Source: a virus | Strand: one strand, 5' to 3' | Virus record (IMG/VR): IMGVR_UViG_3300043427_001988 | Span: 4,927 to 68,926 of that record | DNA length: 64,000 bases | In this document: piece by piece, positions 1 to 7,587 of the stretch | Layout of the letters: each line of letters starts with the position of its first letter | Numbering within the stretch: position 1 is the first letter of the stretch | The notes under the pieces: generated by a model | Told to the model about the DNA's origin: nothing | What the model saw: only the letters and a program-made list of their open reading frames with translations | Database searches by the model: none | Program-made: the position numbers and the translations under genes

Positions 1-162
1 AAATTCCTGCTGTGAGTAGTGATTTGAATATTGATTATCCGCCGCAAGGTCACGCATATCTTCAACGCACAGCCAAAACGCGTCTGTGTCGTTTTGTGGT
101 AACTCAATAAGGATTTTGTACGTTGCCCAAAACATCACGGTATAGTTAGTCCACTTGTTCAT
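1..162 (-). CDS. small early protein, partial (runs off window)
   Basis: ATG at 162 (MNKWTNYTVMF...), AAGGAG RBS and TTGACA-17-TATACT promoter upstream; not in ORF track. Confidence 0.7.
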   Translation of the reverse strand, partial: MNKWTNYTVMFWATYKILIELPQNDTDAFWLCVEDMRDLAADNQYSNHYSQQEF

Positions 163-193
163 ACGTCGCTCTCCTTAACTTGCTTACATAGTA

Positions 194-248
194 AGTATAC
201 ACGATAAACAAACCGGTGTCAATAGCAGTTTTATGAGAAATCTCTCAT
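194..248 (-). promoter_or_regulatory. sigma70-type promoter with upstream ATGAGA-N4-TCTCAT palindrome
   Basis: TTGACA (222-217), 17 bp, TATACT (199-194); palindrome at 233-248. Confidence 0.9.
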
Positions 249-322
249 AATCGGGGCTTGGGGCACCCCCTACCCCCTAAAACCCCTTACACTTTCGTGC
301 AAGGGGCTAGAGGTGTAAGTGA

Positions 323-1045
323 TTAGTGATACTTGAAACCGATTACACGGGGCGTTGTAAGGCTTGGTAATGCGCTAGGAGCGCACAAGCGACACGCTAC
401 ACATTTTACAGTACCCTGTGTAATCTGATTTGGGCAAATAACTAACTTTGCCCCGCCTAACATATCCGGTGTAGGAATATTTTTTACATTTACCGCCAAC
501 GTCGTAAGCCATCCTAATGCACGGGCAAGCCGTACTTCGTCTGCTGTATCACATGAAGCCATAAACCATTTTTTGAGCGGTTGCAATTCATCTAACATCC
601 AGCCGTGAGTGTATCCGATACTTTTTACACCGATTGCATCTAATTGTTCACACGCCCACACTTGTGCATCAATATACTCTTTACTTGGCTTATCGTTCTC
701 AAACACATCACCGCTAACATGCCAGCGTACCATTTGTACACGTTTAGCCGCAGTTACGCCCTTGCCTTTATCAGCGTTGCGTAGCGTCATAAACTTTGAC
801 ACTTCTACCCGTAACTTAAGAGCATCTACCATACCCGATTTTGCCTGCTGTAAATTAGTGCGCCCTTTTTTGGTGTAACAGATAGTCATACGCCCGAATG
901 CTTGACGTTTTGCCTCACCGTACTCGTTAGGCTCGGGGTGATACATACACGACGACGGGCAAGAATCACCGGTACGGTTGTATGTTACTGCTACTGATTT
1001 GTCGGTTGACAGTTTCGCATCGCCACTATTTACTACAAACTTCAT
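323..1045 (-). CDS. Cys-rich phage protein, GP88-like (possible Fe-S protein)
   Basis: SCPSSC..CY, RWHVSGD, YTHGW, ASCD, CPNQ..CVACRLC motifs resemble the GP88-like phage family; AGGAG RBS. Confidence 0.6.
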   Translation of the reverse strand: MKFVVNSGDAKLSTDKSVAVTYNRTGDSCPSSCMYHPEPNEYGEAKRQAFGRMTICYTKKGRTNLQQAKSGMVDALKLRVEVSKFMTLRNADKGKGVTAAKRVQMVRWHVSGDVFENDKPSKEYIDAQVWACEQLDAIGVKSIGYTHGWMLDELQPLKKWFMASCDTADEVRLARALGWLTTLAVNVKNIPTPDMLGGAKLVICPNQITQGTVKCVACRLCAPSALPSLTTPRVIGFKYH

Positions 1046-1244
1046 AATCGTTACTCCTCAATCACTTACATATATAGTATAACATACAAATACCCAAAGT
1101 AAAATGAGAGAATGATGAGAAGCAACACTTTACACCCTTACACCGGCCAGGGCTTTGTGATGCGGTGTTGGCCCTGGGTGGTGTAAGGGGGCCTGTGGGC
1201 GACCCCCTACCCCCTAATTCAAAGTGAATTGGGGGCTGTGGTGA

Positions 1245-1499
1245 CTAGTCGTCGTATGCAGGGTCTGTACCGTCTTGATGAAAAGTCATTCCTACTCGAT
1301 TGTAGTTACCGTTAACAAACTCAATGTGTTGAGTAATACGAAAATCAGCGGTTTGTAGCCACTTATCTGAAAATGGTATCAGCAGAAACTCGTAACCATC
1401 CTCATCCAAAAATCGAATACCATCCTCAACGACAACCAAGCGGTAATCGTGGGTATGTTCCTGCCGACTTACTAAGTCACCTCGGTTAAAGAATGTCAT
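1245..1499 (-). CDS. hypothetical early protein
   Basis: ORF with GAGG RBS directly behind cassette promoter 1529-1557. Confidence 0.75.
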   Translation of the reverse strand: MTFFNRGDLVSRQEHTHDYRLVVVEDGIRFLDEDGYEFLLIPFSDKWLQTADFRITQHIEFVNGNYNRVGMTFHQDGTDPAYDD

Positions 1500-1528
1500 A
1501 ACAACCTCGCTTACTAACTTATGTATTA

Positions 1529-1583
1529 AGTATACCGCAAACTAGTGTATCTGTCAACAACAAGTTTATGAGAGTTTTCTCAT
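1529..1583 (-). promoter_or_regulatory. sigma70-type promoter with palindromic box
   Basis: TTGACA 1557-1552, 17 bp, TATACT 1534-1529; ATGAGAGTTTTCTCAT at 1568-1583. Confidence 0.9.
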
Positions 1584-1622
1584 TTGACGTGCTGCACGGC
1601 CTGGGGCACCCCCTACCCCCTA

Positions 1623-1844
1623 CTACGCTGGATTACCCAGGTAGTAGTGGACTTCATATACATCTATCAATTCCCCGTTTTCGTCGAGTGCCTCAAAGTG
1701 ACCGTCTACACGCTCTAGTTCATTTTCATAACAATAATCCGCACAATACATATCCGAACGCAATATAAAATCATCCATATCATTAATAGTAAAATCATCC
1801 ACCAACATCAAATCTTCACCCATATACGCACGTACTGTAATCAT
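1623..1844 (-). CDS. acidic hypothetical early protein
   Basis: ORF; AAAGGA RBS before MITVRAY; stop abuts the G-box repeat. Confidence 0.7.
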   Translation of the reverse strand: MITVRAYMGEDLMLVDDFTINDMDDFILRSDMYCADYCYENELERVDGHFEALDENGELIDVYEVHYYLGNPA

Positions 1845-1857
1845 CTGCTTATCCTTT

Positions 1858-2226
1858 CTACCATACCTCATTATTCCAGCGTGGATAGGTTAACCATCGA
1901 CGAGGCTCAAAACGCTCATCCAGTAATTCCTTCCCAAATACTGCTATTGAATCAATAACATCTTCATCTTCTTCCCCAAAGTATGCACAAGCGACTACCT
2001 TATTCCACTCTTCGGCGTAATAGTGATTCTTCCCTACAATCAGTTCGTATACATCGGGAAATTGTGCATACTCATAACCATGCACGAAAAACTTAATATT
2101 ACCTACATGACGCACAAGATGACGAACACGCCCACCGAGTACCATACGTGCGGCTTCAATTCGCTCTTCCACGCTCATCTGCTGTACCAAACGCATCACA
2201 TTCTCTAGGCTCATTGTGTACTCCAT
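1858..2226 (-). CDS. hypothetical early protein
   Basis: ORF behind TGnTATAAT promoter at 2244-2252. Confidence 0.75.
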   Translation of the reverse strand: MEYTMSLENVMRLVQQMSVEERIEAARMVLGGRVRHLVRHVGNIKFFVHGYEYAQFPDVYELIVGKNHYYAEEWNKVVACAYFGEEDEDVIDSIAVFGKELLDERFEPRRWLTYPRWNNEVW

Positions 2227-2371
2227 TTCTTGATTACATAGGTATTATAACACACTTTTGATAACTGAATTATGAGAACAAGATTAGAAAAACGGATTTT
2301 CAGTTTTCAGTTTTCAATTTTCAATTTTACTTGACTTTTTTCGATTTTCGGGTTACCCCCTACCCCCTACG

Positions 2372-2404
2372 CAAAAAGCCCCCGCTGATTACTCAACGAG
2401 GGCT
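2372..2404 (-). terminator. probable intrinsic terminator
   Basis: Minus strand AGCCCTCG...CGGGGGCT followed by TTTTT, downstream of ORF 2421-2837. Confidence 0.55.
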
Positions 2405-2420
2405 ATATACATTGTACACA

Positions 2421-2837
2421 CTAGGGAATAGCAAACCGAGAGCGATACCCTTCAATACCTAACTGCTCCGGCACACCTTTACTAATCAGTTCCTCAAACG
2501 AAACCGAGTGAGAGTATTGTACCTTCTCTGCTTCCGCATGGTAATGGTATATCTCTACCGTCTGCGTTGACCATGTGATTACAGGCAATTCACGGTACTC
2601 TGATTCGGGTAGAAACCGACCATACAACGACACACCACCGCCGAGCGTTGATTCATAACTGTTGATGATAGCATTCAACGCAATACGATTTGCATATGAA
2701 TAATCACTCCATCGCCCACTAGCCTGCACAACGGCGTTTTGTGCATCTACCATAGGATGCTTGCCCCAATGTGCATACACAAACATGATAGGCGACATCT
2801 GCGTATCACGAATACCCACTACTACACGATTACCCAC
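2421..2837 (-). CDS. conserved-type phage hypothetical protein
   Basis: MGNR...YAHWG N-terminus typical of a widespread phage family; GAGG RBS. Confidence 0.75.
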   Translation of the reverse strand: MGNRVVVGIRDTQMSPIMFVYAHWGKHPMVDAQNAVVQASGRWSDYSYANRIALNAIINSYESTLGGGVSLYGRFLPESEYRELPVITWSTQTVEIYHYHAEAEKVQYSHSVSFEELISKGVPEQLGIEGYRSRFAIP

Positions 2838-2880
2838 TAGCGCACCTCTTTCTATCTCTTACACAAGTATTATACCACAA

Positions 2881-3147
2881 TTAAAAATAGCGGTCAATCA
2901 TATCTTCGTAATCTTCCCCACGCTCATACTCCGAGATACGGTACTTAATACCCTCTGATTCAGCACGGTTAAGAAACTCCGGCGCATCACAATCCTCTTC
3001 GAGATACCACGTACTACCGACACAAACACTAAAACGAGTAGGCTTGAAACTGACACGCTCAACGAGAAACGTGGGCACTTCCAAATACCCGTGACGTGGC
3101 GTGCTTGAGAATACTAGACCGTAGATTACTTGTTGTGTGTTGCTCAT
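2881..3147 (-). CDS. phage hypothetical protein (STPxHG...LEEDCD type)
   Basis: Motifs STPRHGYLEV and WYLEEDCDA; AAGGAG RBS. Confidence 0.75.
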   Translation of the reverse strand: MSNTQQVIYGLVFSSTPRHGYLEVPTFLVERVSFKPTRFSVCVGSTWYLEEDCDAPEFLNRAESEGIKYRISEYERGEDYEDMIDRYF

Positions 3148-3353
3148 TTGGCAATTACTCCTTAACTTGACTACATAATTATTATACCAGACTTTTATGA
3201 GAATGGGGTGAGAGAATTTTGGGTTCCTGGACCAGGACCAAGGTAGTGCAGCGACGGCCTCACAAATGCCCCTAGAAATTTATTAGAGCGACGATAGCCC
3301 CAAAGTAGGGGGGCTGGGGGGTACGCCCCGAAGGGCTTGTTGTCAAGTGGTTT

Positions 3354-3587
3354 TTAGAGCAAATCTACCTCATTTGAACTAATCCAGTGCCCAACGTTAT
3401 TACGGTAATCCACCACGGCTATAAGCATTTCTTGAAGGTCGTTTAATGTGTATGTAAACTTTTCTACTGTTTTATACCATTCCAGCACATCGTTTGATGT
3501 AATTTCCAAAAAACAATGATTTTGAGTAATTTCGATGGTCAATGTGTATGCTTTGTACTCGGTAGTGACTTTATTAGTCCACATCAT
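3354..3587 (-). CDS. hypothetical early protein, paralog A
   Basis: GAGG RBS; similar to 3717-3965 (MWT...Y.L.I.ITQ...VVD....WI.SN.VD.L). Confidence 0.8.
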   Translation of the reverse strand: MMWTNKVTTEYKAYTLTIEITQNHCFLEITSNDVLEWYKTVEKFTYTLNDLQEMLIAVVDYRNNVGHWISSNEVDLL

Positions 3588-3618
3588 AACGCACCTCACT
3601 TAACTTGATTACATTAGT

Positions 3619-3673
3619 ATTATAGCGCAGGTAATAACCCGTGTCAAGAGGAAGTAGATGAGAGTTTTCTCAT
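3619..3673 (-). promoter_or_regulatory. sigma70-type promoter with palindromic box
   Basis: TTGACA 3647-3642, 17 bp, TATAAT 3624-3619; box at 3658-3673. Confidence 0.9.
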
Positions 3674-3716
3674 TTGACAAACGCCCCGGTCTGGGGCACC
3701 CCCTACCCCCTATCGC

Positions 3717-3965
3717 TTACAACGTGTCTACATCATTTGAATGAATCCATACCTTGAAGTTGAGGTAGTTATCAACTACCTTCATTAATAGTGCTTGTGC
3801 ATCTTCTAAGGATGCATCGCCACGGTTAATTATATGTGAAAATACCGGCGGGCTATCATATTGATTTGGTGCATCAATGAATAGGATATAATCCCGCTGA
3901 GTAATCACAATTTCCAAATTATACAACTCATAATCCCGCGATGCTCTCACTGTCCACATGTCCAT
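3717..3965 (-). CDS. hypothetical early protein, paralog B
   Basis: GAGG RBS, own promoter near 3998-4025; similar to 3354-3587. Confidence 0.8.
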   Translation of the reverse strand: MDMWTVRASRDYELYNLEIVITQRDYILFIDAPNQYDSPPVFSHIINRGDASLEDAQALLMKVVDNYLNFKVWIHSNDVDTL

Positions 3966-4021
3966 GATGTACCTCACTTAATTTGATTACACTAGTAGTA
4001 TACCATGAACCTAAACCAATG

Positions 4022-4234
4022 TCAATAAGTTTGTGAAATCCGCTGTAATTGACCGTCTGCATCAACGGTAAAATCAAAAGCGTGGGAATCTAAATCAATA
4101 AAATCATCACCAAAATCTGTGGGCGTGTAGGTTATTGAACTTAACACTGCACCATCTTGAGCATAGGCAGTTACGTCAAAGGTATCAAATCCACGAATAT
4201 GAACTTGGATGCGAACTTGTTGAATCTGGCTCAT
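4022..4234 (-). CDS. hypothetical early protein
   Basis: Start revised to MSQIQQ, behind GGAG RBS and promoter 4271-4299. Confidence 0.7.
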   Translation of the reverse strand: MSQIQQVRIQVHIRGFDTFDVTAYAQDGAVLSSITYTPTDFGDDFIDLDSHAFDFTVDADGQLQRISQTY

Positions 4235-4270
4235 GTCATTAACTCCGTTACTTAACTTGATTACATTAGT

Positions 4271-4325
4271 AGTATAAACGATATTCATACTGTTGTCAAG
4301 AGCAGTTTTATGAGAGTTTTCTCAT
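4271..4325 (-). promoter_or_regulatory. sigma70-type promoter with palindromic box
   Basis: TTGACA 4299-4294, 17 bp, TATACT 4276-4271; box at 4310-4325. Confidence 0.9.
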
Positions 4326-4389
4326 TTGACAAACGCCCCGGCCTGGGGCACCCCCTACCCCCTACGCAACGAAAAAAGACCCGCCCTGA

Positions 4390-4557
4390 TTACCAGGGCA
4401 GGTCTGACAAGTCAACAATCGGACTAGTATCAGCAGGGATAATTACATCTTGCTCATCAATCCACTGCTCCCACACTTGCTCAAAGTCGGGGGCGATTTC
4501 GTCAACTTGCTCATCCATCATGAAGTCGGTGAGGAAGATAAGTGGTAAGTTTGGCAT
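4390..4557 (-). CDS. small, highly acidic protein
   Basis: Start revised to MPNLPL behind AAGGAG; D/E-rich; own promoter near 4588-4616. Confidence 0.7.
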   Translation of the reverse strand: MPNLPLIFLTDFMMDEQVDEIAPDFEQVWEQWIDEQDVIIPADTSPIVDLSDLPW

Positions 4558-4612
4558 TTCGCATCTCCTTAACTTGATTACATACGTAGTATAGCACACA
4601 TTGAAACCGGTG

Positions 4613-4858
4613 TCAAGTGAGTATTTTTTCAATTACCACATACGGGGCAATAAACATACATACATCACTTGGTAACATAAGATGTAATGAAACAGTATCT
4701 TTATTTTGCACATATGCAACCATCTCGGCAATCTCACGGGCACGCTCTTCTGTAATCGTAGCCGCAATACGCTCATCTTCGGTTAATTCAATACGCCCGA
4801 CAATCTCGCCGTTGTGAGTGATTTTGATGTGTGTCCACGGTGCAAGTGTGTTGCTCAT
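4613..4858 (-). CDS. hypothetical early protein
   Basis: Start revised to MSNTLAPW behind AAGGAG. Confidence 0.75.
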   Translation of the reverse strand: MSNTLAPWTHIKITHNGEIVGRIELTEDERIAATITEERAREIAEMVAYVQNKDTVSLHLMLPSDVCMFIAPYVVIEKILT

Positions 4859-4888
4859 TTCGCATCTCCTTAACTTGATTACATTAGT

Positions 4889-4943
4889 AGTATAAACGAT
4901 ATTCATACTGTTGTCAAGAGTAGTTTTATGAGAGTTTTCTCAT
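4889..4943 (-). promoter_or_regulatory. sigma70-type promoter with palindromic box
   Basis: TTGACA 4917-4912, 17 bp, TATACT 4894-4889; box at 4928-4943. Confidence 0.9.
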
Positions 4944-4979
4944 TTGACAAACGCCCCGGCCTGGGGCACCCCCTACCCC

Positions 4980-5081
4980 CTAGTCCTCGTCGAAAAGTTC
5001 TGATTTAATCCGCCCGCTAATTACTAAAACAAAACCCACAATACTTACATAACCCATATAAACCAAAATCATCTCTAACAT
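4980..5081 (-). CDS. 33-aa single-pass membrane peptide
   Basis: MLEMILVYMGYVSIVGFVLVISGRIKSELFDED*; AAAGGG RBS; stop abuts G-box; not in ORF track. Confidence 0.6.
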   Translation of the reverse strand: MLEMILVYMGYVSIVGFVLVISGRIKSELFDED

Positions 5082-5101
5082 AGTACACACCCTTTCTATA
5101 A

Positions 5102-5234
5102 TGGTGGAGATGTCGGGAATCGAACCCGAGTCCAAAATGCTTTACACCATTGAAGGTAGGCGGTTTTCGCGTCTTACCGTGGGCAGTTATCACTACTCAC
5201 CGCCAAAACACCCTGTCAATACCGTGTCATCCCC
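5102..5234 (-). ncRNA. ssrA: miniature tmRNA (tRNA-like domain with very short insert)
   Basis: 5' GGGGATGACACGGTATTGAC...GGACTCGGGTTCGATTCCCGACATCTCCACCA 3'; acceptor stem with G3-U70, no D stem, P2-like helix, T arm, encoded CCA; only 133 nt. Confidence 0.85.
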
Positions 5235-5471
5235 TTATTGCAAATCCAGCGTATTCGTCACAGGATTAAAGTAGCGCACCGTTTTTGAGCCTTTAGCAAA
5301 CAACGGGTTACGAATTGGGGCACTAATTAACCACCGCCCATCATCCTGTGCAATAATCGAAAAATCCTCTAATCGTTGACCGCACATCTTCATCTCACGG
5401 TGTGAGAAAAACAGAGGATGATTCTCTTTGGTCAATCGCTTAATCTCGTGAATCGTTGGTCGCTTGTTCAT
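5235..5471 (-). CDS. phage hypothetical protein
   Basis: ORF with GAGG RBS behind promoter 5503-5531; stop directly abuts the tmRNA 5' end. Confidence 0.8.
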   Translation of the reverse strand: MNKRPTIHEIKRLTKENHPLFFSHREMKMCGQRLEDFSIIAQDDGRWLISAPIRNPLFAKGSKTVRYFNPVTNTLDLQ

Positions 5472-5502
5472 CGTGTCACCTCTTATCTAACCTTATGTAT
5501 TA

Positions 5503-5557
5503 AGTATACAGCACAAATACCAGCGTGTCAAGAGCAATTTTATGAGAGTTTTCTCAT
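5503..5557 (-). promoter_or_regulatory. sigma70-type promoter with palindromic box
   Basis: TTGACA 5531-5526, 17 bp, TATACT 5508-5503; box at 5542-5557. Confidence 0.9.
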
Positions 5558-5593
5558 TTGACAAACCCCGCGGCCTGGGGCACCCCCTACCCC

Positions 5594-5809
5594 CTATCGC
5601 TGAATATGCTCATATTTTGCTTCACATTGTTTACAAATATGTTTCACCCCGACGTTACCATCATAGAAACAATATTCATAAAAGGTATAAAAGCCTGCTG
5701 GGAAAGTAAACACCCGCAAATTATACTCTTCTTTACCACACGCCTGACAATGCGTATCAAAATATCGCTCAAGCCGACCATCATCACCGATACGTAGTTT
5801 AGCCTCCAT
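5594..5809 (-). CDS. small zinc-finger protein
   Basis: CQAC...CKQC; AAGGAG RBS. Confidence 0.75.
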   Translation of the reverse strand: MEAKLRIGDDGRLERYFDTHCQACGKEEYNLRVFTFPAGFYTFYEYCFYDGNVGVKHICKQCEAKYEHIQR

Positions 5810-5991
5810 AGCACACTCCTTAACTAACTTACAAGTACATTATAACACACATTCATACTGAGTTTTATGAGCGCAAGATTAGAAAATCAAATTTTGAATT
5901 TTAGATTTTGAATTTTCAATTTTAAATTTTAATTTTTCTTTTAATTTGACATTTTTTGAAATTCGGGCTACCCCCTACCCCCTGAACGCCA

Positions 5992-6168
5992 CTACGAGTA
6001 GTAGCGTTCGACCAACTCTTCACCATTTGCCCCGATGAAGTAGAGCAGGAACATAGTTTTCGGCATCATGACTTTGAGCAGTTGAATAGTCAACAGTGCC
6101 TTATCCAAGCCCTCTACATCCATTGAGCCGTTCCCGTGAGCGTATTCCATCTTGATGCGGTATGTCAT
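5992..6168 (-). CDS. 58-aa hypothetical protein
   Basis: MTYRIKMEYAHG...ERYYS*; AAGGAG RBS, TATAAT at 6203-6198; not in ORF track. Confidence 0.7.
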   Translation of the reverse strand: MTYRIKMEYAHGNGSMDVEGLDKALLTIQLLKVMMPKTMFLLYFIGANGEELVERYYS

Positions 6169-6300
6169 ATCAGACTCCTTACTTAACTTATGTATCTATT
6201 ATACACCAAAAAAGTACGCTGTGCGCGACTTTTCATGAGAATTAGATGAGAAAACAGGGGGGCTGGGGGGTGCGCCCCGAGGGGCTTTTTGTCAAGCGGG

Positions 6301-6714
6301 CTACTCTTTTGGTATTGGATACCAGCCAAGTAGTTTACCTGATTCATCACAAGTAAACATGTAACCATCAGCGGATAGTCTATCCAAATCACTTGCGATT
6401 TCTTTCCAAAGTGATACCCAATCTTCTTGAGAGATTTGCTCTACATCGGTTACATCATTCTCAAGATACGTAAAAACCCGCCCCAACATATTATCTGACA
6501 AATACCTACATGAAATATCCACCAAATCAGGAATAGGCAAGTCAATAGGCGCAAACATACGATTAGCAAACATAGCACTCTGCTCCTTTTTTACTGAATC
6601 TGTAGCCTTTGATGATACTGAACATTTCACAAGTACCGGTTGCTTTGGTACAAAAGAATCCCGCACATCGTTATTCAACCACTCTTGCAATTCACTAATC
6701 GTCATATCACTCAT
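6301..6714 (-). CDS. hypothetical early protein
   Basis: Start revised to MSDMTI behind AAGGAG; TTGACT/TATACT promoter near 6740-6768. Confidence 0.75.
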   Translation of the reverse strand: MSDMTISELQEWLNNDVRDSFVPKQPVLVKCSVSSKATDSVKKEQSAMFANRMFAPIDLPIPDLVDISCRYLSDNMLGRVFTYLENDVTDVEQISQEDWVSLWKEIASDLDRLSADGYMFTCDESGKLLGWYPIPKE

Positions 6715-6904
6715 AACATACTCCTTACTTACATACATAAGTATACACGAAATGCAGAAAAAAGTCAAACGCAAAAAAAAAAACTCCCCGACGCTGGGCC
6801 GGTGTAGTGGGGAAATGGCCTATACAGGAAATCTCTCGGAGCTGGACCGGAGTAGTGGCCCCTGCGGTTATCTATACGACCTTCAAAAAAAAAAGGGCGT
6901 TTTT

Positions 6905-7035
6905 CGGGGGCGGGGGCGCGCGCGTTATGTCAAGTTGTCGGGGCGTGTAGCGGGGCGGGGCGTGTAGCGGGGCGGGGCGTGTAGGGGCGTTTGGGGGCGT
7001 GTAGCGGGGCGGGGTAGGGGTAGGGGCGGGCGGGT
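6905..7035 (+). repeat. G-rich tandem repeat (GGGGCGTGTAGC/GGGGC units), G-quadruplex-prone
   Basis: More than ten G3-G5 runs in about 130 bp. Confidence 0.85.
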
Positions 7036-7587
7036 TTACCATGATGTGACGTAGTGATACCCTACACAACAATCAATACACGAACCACAATATGCACATG
7101 TTTCACCCGTCAAACAATCGAAACAATCAGTACATGTACAATGATAGCGGGTATCGTTGCATCGTTTGCATTGTAATTCACTACGGTATACATCTGTTAT
7201 GTATTGCGGGGTTTGACGGTATGCAATTACATCGTCTACTACGTAGTGAACCAATTCATTTACGATAAACGCTATAGACGGTTTACGGTGTGTACGAACG
7301 GGGGCGTAATTCATATGTAAACCCGTTTGGTAGTATTTGGTATTTAACGCCCGTACATATCCAAACGTATCATAGTGAACCGTTGCATAAATATGCGTTC
7401 GTTCAATTATGCCAGGTATCGTATACAGCGTATGTAACGCCCCGTTATGGTACGTATGTGCGGGTAAATCAATATTGATAGATAACGCCCCGTTCGTATC
7501 ACGGTGAACCCCTACGCTATACCCCGCAACAATCGTATTAATATAATCACCCCAAACCGTTCGTTTGATAGAATAATTCCTATTCAT
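7036..7587 (-). CDS. hypothetical protein with Cys-rich C-terminus
   Basis: CKRC..HCTCTDCFDC..CAYCGSCIDCC. Confidence 0.75.
   Translation of the reverse strand: MNRNYSIKRTVWGDYINTIVAGYSVGVHRDTNGALSINIDLPAHTYHNGALHTLYTIPGIIERTHIYATVHYDTFGYVRALNTKYYQTGLHMNYAPVRTHRKPSIAFIVNELVHYVVDDVIAYRQTPQYITDVYRSELQCKRCNDTRYHCTCTDCFDCLTGETCAYCGSCIDCCVGYHYVTSW

Larger units (their letters stand above)
170..6780 (-). repeat. array of promoter-RBS-small gene cassettes with shared intergenic repeat
   Basis: Recurrent plus-strand unit agtata-N17-tgtcaa-N10-ATGAGA-N4-TCTCAT-ttgac...ggggcaccccctaccccc; full copies at 194-277, 1529-1620, 3619-3710, 4271-4362, 4889-4980, 5503-5594, plus variants. Confidence 0.95.

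Noticed and set aside
5102-5234. Ordinary tRNA, intron-containing tRNA or attP fragment
   Set aside because: No D stem or anticodon arm. Both tmRNA-type ends are present and pair, whereas attP fragments carry only one end, and no integrase is nearby.
1568-5797. Plus-strand ORFs beginning MRVFSFD or similar
   Set aside because: They start inside the ATGAGA box of the repeat, antisense to well-supported genes.
170-6780. Integron with attC sites
   Set aside because: No RYYYAAC...GTTRRRY ends and no tyrosine integrase in the window; the cassettes carry their own promoters.
6752-7072. ORFs 6752-6967 and 6872-7072
   Set aside because: Pro/Gly/Arg-rich translations of the G-rich repeat.
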